This document shows positions 17,344 to 24,900 of a DNA stretch of 64,000 nt, piece by piece. Each line of letters opens with the position of its first letter. The first letter of the stretch is position 1. A program made the position numbers and the translations under genes. The notes beneath the pieces were generated by a model that was given only the letters and a program-made list of their open reading frames with translations, did not search any database and was not told where the DNA came from. Source of the stretch: Klebsiella phage KPN8; the sequence record OP079919.1, one strand, 5' to 3'.

Positions 17344-17901
17344 ATGACCATTATCGTAGGGGTTGTAAAAGAAAAATCGTTAAGTGCGGACCGTTATATA
17401 CTGGATTACAAGCAGATCAACAAAACAGTATCTTCGGTTTCACGCTACACCGAGAGTAAATTAAAAATATCTCCGGACAATCATTTCTGTTATGTCTTCT
17501 GTGGCGAACAAAAAGAAGAGATCGTTCCATTGGTTCTTAACTATTTACTCAGATTCGAAAAAGGTCTGGTGAAGGAAGACGAATTTATTCATTGCGGACT
17601 TAAATCCTGCGACTCCCTCATTGTGATGTCCGCGAGACATTTTTACTCAATTCAGTTAAATGAAAAACAGGGTGTTTTAGAAGTTCAAATTCGTTTAGAT
17701 GGCGCAGTCACCTATCCTTTTTTAAACAACCATATGGTCGCCGGTCTCGATCTCCCAGGGGAAGTAATTCGTCAAGCACTGATGGAAGCCAATCTCATTC
17801 TCCACACCGATGAAAATGAAGTTGACGTGGTCCATCAAAAAGACCTCACTCTTATTAAGAAAGCCACCAAAAAGGAAATTAAAAATGCTCTTTTATCTTA
17901 A
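17344..17901 (+). CDS. hypothetical protein
   Basis: TTTTTTAGGATAAAACATG start context; 185-aa ORF. Confidence 0.5.
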   Translation: MTIIVGVVKEKSLSADRYILDYKQINKTVSSVSRYTESKLKISPDNHFCYVFCGEQKEEIVPLVLNYLLRFEKGLVKEDEFIHCGLKSCDSLIVMSARHFYSIQLNEKQGVLEVQIRLDGAVTYPFLNNHMVAGLDLPGEVIRQALMEANLILHTDENEVDVVHQKDLTLIKKATKKEIKNALLS

Positions 17902-18343
17902 CAAGCGGGTTATCGTTGACAGCGTAGCAAACATCTTTATGTTAGCGGACGATACTCCTCACGTCGAGTTCTTATTGGATGGTGACAAACGATGGGCTTT
18001 CATTCCCTATCATGAAAATAACGGCAATACGTTATCCGCAGCCATCTCGGTGAATGAACACGGTGTTTGTTATAATGCGTATTTCAACTATAAAACGTTA
18101 AGTCTCGATCGTCGTATTCCGTTACCCTCTAATTTGTTAAAAGCCTTTCAAACAGGGGGAGACTCCGACTACTGTAACAACATGCACGTCGCTAAGGCCG
18201 CTTTCTATTACCATAACTGCACCTTTGACGAATTCCAAGCGCTGCTAAACAAATCAGGTCGGGGGTACAAAATGTTTGATTTATTAACAGTCTCTAAAAG
18301 ACTTAAGGCGATGCAACCGGAACAATTTAACTGGGTTATTTAA
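17885..18343 (+). CDS. hypothetical protein
   Basis: ATG at 17885 overlaps the upstream stop by 17 nt. The longer tracked ORF from 17810 overlaps the previous gene in another frame. Confidence 0.45.
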   Translation: MLFYLNKRVIVDSVANIFMLADDTPHVEFLLDGDKRWAFIPYHENNGNTLSAAISVNEHGVCYNAYFNYKTLSLDRRIPLPSNLLKAFQTGGDSDYCNNMHVAKAAFYYHNCTFDEFQALLNKSGRGYKMFDLLTVSKRLKAMQPEQFNWVI

Positions 18344-18380
18344 AACCAAGATTCCTATTATACGTTAAAGAATTTTGGAT

Positions 18381-18390
18381 CTATATCACC
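18381..18390 (+). promoter_or_regulatory. CTATATCACC box variant upstream of the chaperonin
   Basis: ggatCTATATCACCgtcttgatgcactAACCAT sits 44 nt upstream of the GTG at 18434. Confidence 0.4.
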
Positions 18391-18413
18391 GTCTTGATGC
18401 ACTAACCATAATC

Positions 18414-18436
18414 TTTTTAGGAGTATTAACATCGTG
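18414..18436 (+). promoter_or_regulatory. conserved start-site element (copy 4, GTG start of chaperonin)
   Basis: TTTTTAGGAGTATTAACATCGTG. Confidence 0.6.
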
Positions 18437-20011
18437 AACGTTCGTGGCGTAAAAGTAAAAGCAGAAACCCGTCAAATTATTGATAACACCGTAGAGCTCG
18501 TTGCAACCGCGGTAACCTCGACCATGGGCCCTAACGGCAAGCTGGTTGTTATTGACGAAACGGGTAATCCTAAAATGACCAAGGATGGGGTGACTGTAGC
18601 GCGCTCTATCCGTTTGGATGATCGGGCAATGGACATCATCGCCAAGATGATCACCGAAGCCTCGATCAAAACGGATGCCGAATGTGGCGATGGGACCACC
18701 ACCACCGTATTCTTAACAAGAGCGTTTTATAACGCCTTTAAAGATAAACTGGATTTCATGACCAAACGCCGGGTGGAAGAGTTAACGAAAGAAACGATCG
18801 AAATGCTCAAAGGAATGACGAAGGTTATTTCTCTTGATAGCCCAGTCCTTCACAATCTGGCGTTAACAACCAGTAATAACGATCTGGATATCGTGAATAA
18901 GCTCTACGATATCTTTAAGACCATACCCGATCCCATGATTGATTATCGTCGGGGTGTAACAGGTATTGACGAGATCGAATACAGTAAGGGCAAGGAATTC
19001 ACAGGCGGGTACGCGCACCCTACTTTCACTAAAGATGGAAGTGGAAGCCCGATTACGATCGAATCGGGTTATGCGTGCATCTTTGAAGGGAAGTTCAGTA
19101 TTCCAGATGACGAGTCGGAATTCCTGAGGCTCTTCGATGAGATCACTAAAAGGGGATATCGTCAGACTATCGTTATCGCACGTGAATTCGACGAACACAC
19201 CCTGATGGTGATGAACAAAATGAATCACGTTATGCTGAAGCAGAAACTGGCGGAGGAACCCGTTTTCATTCCTGTGCGGGTTCAGGCTATCGGAACAGCG
19301 GGAGTGGGGATCATTGGAGATATTGCAACCGTACTGGGGTTAAGTCCTGATGTGGACTATTTAGGTTGGAAGTCTCGTGACTATGAGGTACACTGTATTG
19401 AAAACATTACGGTAAAGGGCGCGGCATTCTTCGTGGGTAGTGTATCTGATGAAGTCTCGGAACGCACAGTAAAGCGCATCGGGCAAATTAAAGATCAAAT
19501 CGATAACTTGCCAGCTGCTCAGAAACACACGCCTTTGGCGAAGATCCTGAGACACCGTATCTCTACTCTGATGGGTAACCGAGTGACTGTAACCGTTGGA
19601 GGAGAAACCGCTTCCGACATCAAAGAACGACTGGATCGATTTGAAGACGTCGGTCGGGCTATCGCATCAGCGTTAACTAACGGCGTCCTTCCGGGCATTG
19701 GTTATTCATTGGCTTATGTTGGTAGTGAGCTGGTGAAGAAATATCCTGACGATTCTATAGTGAAACTGTACGCCGATGTATTGGGCGAGCAGCTTCACAT
19801 GTTGATGGGTCGGGAATTCAATGATCCTGAATTAGTCTATGTCAATCTGGCTACTGGGGAAACCGGTAAGCATCCTCAAGACATCAACGTCTGGGATGCG
19901 CAGTTAGCCACAGTCACTGCGTTAAGGGCTGGTGTCAGCACTGCTATCTCTTTGGCGAGCACCGATACGTTAATTATCGGTAGTCGTGCAGGTGGTGCGG
20001 ATATTCCCTGA
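18434..20011 (+). CDS. GroEL-like group I chaperonin (Hsp60 family)
   Basis: 525-aa product. TMGPNGKLVVIDETGNPKMTKDGVTVARSIRLDD and AECGDGTTTTVFLTRAF parallel GroEL [29 protein letters not shown] and AGDGTTTATVLAQA. GTG start preceded by TTTTTAGGAGTATTAACATC. Confidence 0.85.
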   Translation: MNVRGVKVKAETRQIIDNTVELVATAVTSTMGPNGKLVVIDETGNPKMTKDGVTVARSIRLDDRAMDIIAKMITEASIKTDAECGDGTTTTVFLTRAFYNAFKDKLDFMTKRRVEELTKETIEMLKGMTKVISLDSPVLHNLALTTSNNDLDIVNKLYDIFKTIPDPMIDYRRGVTGIDEIEYSKGKEFTGGYAHPTFTKDGSGSPITIESGYACIFEGKFSIPDDESEFLRLFDEITKRGYRQTIVIAREFDEHTLMVMNKMNHVMLKQKLAEEPVFIPVRVQAIGTAGVGIIGDIATVLGLSPDVDYLGWKSRDYEVHCIENITVKGAAFFVGSVSDEVSERTVKRIGQIKDQIDNLPAAQKHTPLAKILRHRISTLMGNRVTVTVGGETASDIKERLDRFEDVGRAIASALTNGVLPGIGYSLAYVGSELVKKYPDDSIVKLYADVLGEQLHMLMGREFNDPELVYVNLATGETGKHPQDINVWDAQLATVTALRAGVSTAISLASTDTLIIGSRAGGADIP

Positions 20012-20053
20012 TGCGTTTTAGGGGAAGGAAACTTCCCCATTGGGAGAATTTTT

Positions 20054-20311
20054 ATGGACGTTAACACTTCGTCAATTAAAAATTCTAATAATAGACAACA
20101 TAATAATTACAGCGATTCATCCTCCGCTCCGATTCAGTTGGATCGTTCGGGGGAAATTGTCGACGCCAGAACTAAGCTAACAGTTACTGGTGAAATTCCT
20201 CTTCGAAAGTTACCCACTTTCTCAAACCCACCGCAAAGAACAATAAGAGACGATAAAAAACCTTCATCACTCTGGGGGATGGTTAGAGCTCTGTTCTTTG
20301 TATTCATGTGA
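20054..20311 (+). CDS. hypothetical small protein with hydrophobic C-terminus
   Basis: 85-aa ORF; Asn/Ser-rich N-terminus, C-terminal WGMVRALFFVFM; followed by a strong terminator. Confidence 0.4.
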   Translation: MDVNTSSIKNSNNRQHNNYSDSSSAPIQLDRSGEIVDARTKLTVTGEIPLRKLPTFSNPPQRTIRDDKKPSSLWGMVRALFFVFM

Positions 20312-20314
20312 TAC

Positions 20315-20366
20315 TATTCCTCTACCCACGTGGGTAGAGGAATAATAACGCTTTTTTATTTTTTAA
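20315..20366 (+). terminator. intrinsic terminator (CTCCTAC-family variant)
   Basis: 14-bp stem TATTCCTCTACCCA/TGGGTAGAGGAATA followed by CTTTTTTATTTTTT. Confidence 0.8.
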
Positions 20367-20443
20367 GGTTATCTCACTCATGGCTAAAATCTATTTCTAT
20401 TACTCCTCTATTGTATAGTAGAAACTCTTATGGGGAAATAGAA

Positions 20444-21412
20444 ATGTCGAAAATTAGTGGTTACAAAGAACATCCGGTAATAAAAAACCTTTTCATCCAT
20501 CCTACGGAAGATAATCACGTCCTGTATGTTAGGAAGAAAAAAGTATCTCGGATAAAGACCCATGTCGGTAAACGCGGATACGTTATTTTTACCATGTGGT
20601 TAAATGGGAAATCCAAGGGTTTTCGCTTCCACAAATTGAAAGCCGAAACGTATCTCAAGAAACCCAGTTCAGACCGCACCCTAGTCGTAAATCATAAGGA
20701 CCATGTTAAGATCAATAACGATCTCGATAACCTAGAATGGGGGACTCAGAAAGAGAATGTCGATCATTCATTAAATATCCGTCAAAAGCTTTGTCCTCTC
20801 TATCGGATAATGGATTTAACTACGGGGAGATGGTGTACAGCCGGTAGTCGTAAAGGGGTAATCGAAATGCTAGCTTGTACCCAACGACAACTCTCTAACC
20901 ATATTAAAGACCCTCGCTATCCATTGCTATTCAAGTGGGAAGTAACAAGGGGTTTTACTTGGAATCTTTCAAAAGATGACGTGGGTAAATATAACCCACG
21001 AGAGCTTCTTCCTTATGTGGTAGAAAAGAATGGCGTCGTTTTTTACCTGGCGACATTAGCTGAAGTTGGTGAATTGACAAAGATCACTAAATACAATATT
21101 ACAGTTGCTTTGAAAAATCAACCAATTCTGCATGCCAAGGGATTCAGCATTCGGTTTATTAATTCTTATGAAGAGTGGATGAAGACTGTTATTGGGAAGT
21201 CCTATATCGATACCATGTTAAATAAAAGTAATAGAAATAAAAAACGGATCGAGGTAATAAACACTCTTACGGAGGAGAAAACCACGTTAAACGGAATTAT
21301 GGAATTAATGGAACTGACTAATTATTCACGACCTACCATCGACAGGGCAATGAAAAATATGTGTGAAGATGGGTGGGTGACTTTCAAAAATCTAAAGATA
21401 AGGTTTATTTAA
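20444..21412 (+). CDS. HNH homing endonuclease (free-standing)
   Basis: VVNHKDHVKINNDLDNLEWGTQKENVDHS matches the phage HNH_3 signature. ATG at 20444 (MSKISGYKEHP) preferred over the GTG at 20330 inside the terminator. Confidence 0.75.
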   Translation: MSKISGYKEHPVIKNLFIHPTEDNHVLYVRKKKVSRIKTHVGKRGYVIFTMWLNGKSKGFRFHKLKAETYLKKPSSDRTLVVNHKDHVKINNDLDNLEWGTQKENVDHSLNIRQKLCPLYRIMDLTTGRWCTAGSRKGVIEMLACTQRQLSNHIKDPRYPLLFKWEVTRGFTWNLSKDDVGKYNPRELLPYVVEKNGVVFYLATLAEVGELTKITKYNITVALKNQPILHAKGFSIRFINSYEEWMKTVIGKSYIDTMLNKSNRNKKRIEVINTLTEEKTTLNGIMELMELTNYSRPTIDRAMKNMCEDGWVTFKNLKIRFI

Positions 21413-21999
21413 TGGCTAAGGTATTTTTCAATTACGCTGCGATGAATTCGGGAAAGACTACTGGTTTGCTGCAATCAGCCTATAATTACGTTGAAAGAGG
21501 AATGTCAGTCTTACTTCTTAAACCTAAACTCGATAATAGAGAAGGAACCGATCCACTAATTAAATCAAGAATAGGATTAGAAAGCGAGTGCGTTTTTATT
21601 CCTGATGATGGGGATGAATTAGTCGACCTCATTCATAATAACAAAGGTGTTTCGGCGATATTCATCGACGAGGTTCAGTTCGTTCCAGTGCGGGTGCTTA
21701 GTGCCATCATGGTGATGTGTGACACCATGGATATTCCTCTTCTTTGCTACGGTCTCCGTAACGCTTATGACGGTAAGGGATTCCCGGGATCTGATTTCTT
21801 ATTACGTCACGCTGATAAACTGGTCGAATGCAAATCCATTTGTTGGTGCGGTAAAAAGGCCACTCACAACATGATGGTTGTCGATGGGAAAGTGGTAAGG
21901 GAAACCACATCAGGGGGAAATATGGTTGTCGGCGGTAATGAACTGTATCACGCCGTATGTCGTCAGCATTTCTTCGAAGGTAAATACAAAGACGATTAA
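21412..21999 (+). CDS. tdk: thymidine kinase
   Basis: MAKVFFNYAAMNSGKTTGLLQSAYNYVERGM...IDEVQF...LLCYGLR...DKLVECKSICWCGKKA...VVGGNELYHAVCRQH is near-collinear with bacterial and T4 Tdk, including the P-loop and Zn-ribbon cysteines. TAATG overlap with the HNH stop. Confidence 0.93.
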   Translation: MAKVFFNYAAMNSGKTTGLLQSAYNYVERGMSVLLLKPKLDNREGTDPLIKSRIGLESECVFIPDDGDELVDLIHNNKGVSAIFIDEVQFVPVRVLSAIMVMCDTMDIPLLCYGLRNAYDGKGFPGSDFLLRHADKLVECKSICWCGKKATHNMMVVDGKVVRETTSGGNMVVGGNELYHAVCRQHFFEGKYKDD

Positions 22000-22018
22000 C
22001 TTATATTTATTTTGAGGT

Positions 22019-22034
22019 CTACATTATCATGGTG
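22019..22034 (+). promoter_or_regulatory. CTACATTATCA(A/T)GGT element (copy 1)
   Basis: gaggtCTACATTATCATGGTGt sits 44 nt upstream of the ATG at 22078. Confidence 0.4.
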
Positions 22035-22060
22035 TAAGCATAGTACGTTTTTATTTTCCT

Positions 22061-22080
22061 TTTTAGGAGTTAACATCATG
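22061..22080 (+). promoter_or_regulatory. conserved start-site element (copy 5)
   Basis: TTTTAGGAGTTAACATCATG. Confidence 0.6.
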
Positions 22081-22572
22081 ATGAGCCAACTTGTAAATAT
22101 TCTGAGTGAACACAGATCGGCGTTTATTTGGCCTTCCAACATCCTTCAGTTAGAAGATGAATACTTCTATCTCTCGGTCAAGATTACGGAGAGTGGTGTG
22201 GTCAAATGTATCTTCCGGAACAAGCTCACCAAAGACGTCCGTAAGTTCGACTTCTCTGATAGCATTTTTGATAAAGAGGGGTTATGGGATTACTTCAATG
22301 CGATCGGCAAAGAAGTCTACGCCATTGGGATTGACTACGGTAAAGGGTTCCAGCTGAAGATGTTGTTTGAGCCGATTAAGGCGATGATCACCGATAAGGC
22401 GCATAAGCCTTATAATGGGCATCTTCCAAGAGACGTAAGAGCACCACTGTTTTCCCCGGTTAACGCCCGCAGTATTTATCTCGACGAAAACGGCGAAGTC
22501 ACACTCGATGGCTTCGAATGGGCTTCTCGTGGATTGCAATTAAAAATCATCGAAGAGCTCTTAATTAACTAA
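22078..22572 (+). CDS. hypothetical protein
   Basis: ATG at 22078 directly follows the conserved TTTTAGGAGTTAACATC element; the ORF from 22012 would start upstream of that element. Confidence 0.55.
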   Translation: MMSQLVNILSEHRSAFIWPSNILQLEDEYFYLSVKITESGVVKCIFRNKLTKDVRKFDFSDSIFDKEGLWDYFNAIGKEVYAIGIDYGKGFQLKMLFEPIKAMITDKAHKPYNGHLPRDVRAPLFSPVNARSIYLDENGEVTLDGFEWASRGLQLKIIEELLIN

Positions 22573-22615
22573 TTAATGTTATGCTAATTAGCTCATCACT
22601 GTAAAGAGGATTAAG

Positions 22616-23092
22616 ATGAAAAACCTGCTCGATTTAGTGCTCAAATTTTTCATTGGGCTTAACCCAGGCCTGGCCGTACTGATGGAAGGTGGTTCGATCG
22701 TCAATGTGGTTGAAAAACCAGAAATCGATCGTTACGCCGGTGATATCATGCGTCCGGACGGCACAACCAAGCTTCTGTCGGTAACCTGGAAACCGGGTAC
22801 ATTTAAAGGCGTGTTCGGCCTCGATCCAGCCTTTGCTCCCGTCACGCAGGATGAAGCAGGCACCACTGAAGGTATCTTCCTGAAGACCGACGGCACGCCT
22901 TACTTTGCGTTGACGGCTGAAAATGCTACCGAAGCCAAAATCGAAGAAATCCTCGGATATGCTTTCGAAGAAGGCACGGTCGCAGTAGACACCGAAACCA
23001 AAAAGGTCAGCTTCGCAACGTCTACTATCGTTGCTGAAGTCGATCTGGTCGTTATCGAAGCGGCTCCGGTGGCCGACGGCCAACTGCCGTAA
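22616..23092 (+). CDS. abundant small protein of unknown function (codon-optimised)
   Basis: Marked host-like codon bias (CTG, CGT, GGT, ACC, high GC3) unlike its neighbours; strong AAGAGGA SD; terminator hairpin downstream; long antisense shadow ORF. Confidence 0.6.
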   Translation: MKNLLDLVLKFFIGLNPGLAVLMEGGSIVNVVEKPEIDRYAGDIMRPDGTTKLLSVTWKPGTFKGVFGLDPAFAPVTQDEAGTTEGIFLKTDGTPYFALTAENATEAKIEEILGYAFEEGTVAVDTETKKVSFATSTIVAEVDLVVIEAAPVADGQLP

Positions 23093-23100
23093 TAAGTAAC

Positions 23101-23134
23101 CTACTCCTACGTCCTTAACGGGGCGTAGGAGTAG
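23101..23134 (+). terminator. hairpin (CTCCTAC family), weak terminator
   Basis: 11-bp stem CTACTCCTACG/CGTAGGAGTAG; T-run only about 20 nt downstream. Confidence 0.5.
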
Positions 23135-23197
23135 TTCGTTAATTATAACTGACTTTTTTAATATATAACCACCAACGTTCATTTAGGACATAACACC

Positions 23198-23404
23198 ATG
23201 TTGTATGACGCAATTGAAGTTTGTTTTATCGTAATCTCCATTCTTTCCTTTATCTGGGTAATGAAGAAGAAAGGAACCGGGGCGATGTTAATTATTGCGT
23301 TTTCTATTGTTGTCGTGGCAGGATGTCGTTATCAAGATAACGCCGATACCGAACAAGCTTTAGAACATCCAAAATATACCAAATCTAACTGCGGCTGCTT
23401 ATAA
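23198..23404 (+). CDS. small membrane protein
   Basis: 68 aa; two hydrophobic segments; TTTAGGACATAACACCATG start context. Confidence 0.45.
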   Translation: MLYDAIEVCFIVISILSFIWVMKKKGTGAMLIIAFSIVVVAGCRYQDNADTEQALEHPKYTKSNCGCL

Positions 23405-23416
23405 GAGGAACTGATT

Positions 23417-23710
23417 ATGTTTTATGATTTAGTCAAGGTTTGCAAGGAACTCGTATTCTCCCACACTTTCAACGAAAGCAATCCTGACAAGGGTTACTTC
23501 GATACCTGGAAGTGGCGTAAGTTACTCATTAACGTGGTAAGCGTAACGTATCACACCCCTAAGCTTGCCGCGCTCAGTCCGCACTTAAAGGCCATTTCCA
23601 GTAAAGTAGACGGACTGACGATTTCCCCGCAAACTGACAGCCAAGGACGGGTCACGCGAATCACTGTGACACACAATAATAAATCGGTAGGTTTCAGATT
23701 CAAACGTTAA
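23417..23710 (+). CDS. hypothetical protein
   Basis: 97-aa ORF, AGAGGAA upstream. Confidence 0.5.
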   Translation: MFYDLVKVCKELVFSHTFNESNPDKGYFDTWKWRKLLINVVSVTYHTPKLAALSPHLKAISSKVDGLTISPQTDSQGRVTRITVTHNNKSVGFRFKR

Positions 23711-23723
23711 AGGAATAAAGACC

Positions 23724-24296
23724 ATGGGATACATCGAGCTTAAACACGGAACTGATAAAGACTACGTTCCCTATCGCACCAACGACATCTACGAGTTAGA
23801 TGAAGATATCACCGTCTTAACCGACGACACTCGGGTTATTGACGAAAATAAAGAAACCTACTTTTTTGTGCCAGGGGTGGACGCAGAAAACATCAAGGTT
23901 AAGGTCGGTGACGTGAACCAGTTTTTACTATTCTGGTCTGTAAAGGAAGGTGTCGAGGTCAGACTCGTTTCGTTTGGAACTGGGAGAAAAACCACAAAAG
24001 TGGTTGGGTTCCTCATGACCGAGTTTCATCACCATTCCATTTACGCCAGCGTGTTCTCGTCCCTGCTGCATCGAGAATCGAAAATGAATCTCCGTAGCAA
24101 TAAGTTAGCGACGGGGATCATGTGTAAATTACTTCATCGTTGTCTCAAAAGTTTTAAGCTCCAGCATCCTTCGCTTGGACGGATCTGTCTCGATATCGTA
24201 TCTGATAATGGCGTTATCAAGTACGTTAACCAACACGGTAATTTCAGTGGATTGTATTATCGATTCAATCCAGGGTTTAAACCAGAATTACGCTAG
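23724..24296 (+). CDS. hypothetical protein
   Basis: 190-aa ORF, AAGGAATAAAG upstream. Confidence 0.5.
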   Translation: MGYIELKHGTDKDYVPYRTNDIYELDEDITVLTDDTRVIDENKETYFFVPGVDAENIKVKVGDVNQFLLFWSVKEGVEVRLVSFGTGRKTTKVVGFLMTEFHHHSIYASVFSSLLHRESKMNLRSNKLATGIMCKLLHRCLKSFKLQHPSLGRICLDIVSDNGVIKYVNQHGNFSGLYYRFNPGFKPELR

Positions 24297-24304
24297 GAAA
24301 AAAC

Positions 24305-24847
24305 ATGTCGGAAATCATCAGTTACAATAAAGCGCAGCTGGTTAATGGGTTCGAACTCGTTTGCCATCATCGCACCATTCACCTGTTCGAAGATGTTTTC
24401 GAAAAGGGCAGGTACAATAAAGAGTTCGTTGCTAAATTTGACGAACTGGAAGTATTTTTGGATGTTCGTTACGCGATCATCTTAGGGAGAAAAGATAAAG
24501 ATCTCACACTGCATCTAATTCGCAGTAATGCAGCTCGTGAGATCGTCAGCTGGGATTATCATTACAAGTCCAATGATAACCGATCTGACAATTGGAAGAT
24601 GGAGGCCATCGGGCAGTTTATCGTCAGTGACATGGAGCAGGGATATTTCTCCCTCTCCCCTGGTTATCGAAGTGATATCAACGACCTACTGACTTATATC
24701 GGTGGTCAAGAGAAAGAGGTCAATATTCGCAATACAGAAATCAGCGTCAGTGAAGGTAAATTTAACTTCGTGGGCCGTAACGGACAACTCGGCCCGGGTT
24801 TGTTGTCAGAGACCAAACCCGTTAACCTCATTAAGCTGTGGGCATAA
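24305..24847 (+). CDS. hypothetical protein
   Basis: 180-aa ORF ending at a bidirectional terminator. Confidence 0.5.
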   Translation: MSEIISYNKAQLVNGFELVCHHRTIHLFEDVFEKGRYNKEFVAKFDELEVFLDVRYAIILGRKDKDLTLHLIRSNAAREIVSWDYHYKSNDNRSDNWKMEAIGQFIVSDMEQGYFSLSPGYRSDINDLLTYIGGQEKEVNIRNTEISVSEGKFNFVGRNGQLGPGLLSETKPVNLIKLWA

Positions 24848-24848
24848 T

Positions 24849-24900
24849 AATAACTCCTACTCCCGATAAGGGAGTAGGAGTTATTAACTTTTTTGTTTTT
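24849..24900. terminator. bidirectional terminator (CTCCTAC family)
   Basis: 16-bp stem AATAACTCCTACTCCC/GGGAGTAGGAGTTATT followed by TTTTTTGTTTTT; convergent genes on both sides. Confidence 0.8.

Noticed and set aside
22157-22357. 66-aa internal ORF within the 22078..22572 gene.
   Set aside because: It is an alternative frame wholly inside a longer well-supported ORF. It has no independent signal.
22634-23182. 182-aa antisense ORF opposite the 22616..23092 gene. Similar antisense ORFs occur at 27086..27631, 27677..28267, 55832..56965, 62333..62674 and 62458..62820.
   Set aside because: All lie opposite strongly codon-biased genes with RNY-periodic codons that suppress antisense stops. They have no RBS, and the sense-strand genes have far better start contexts. 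These are shadow ORFs.
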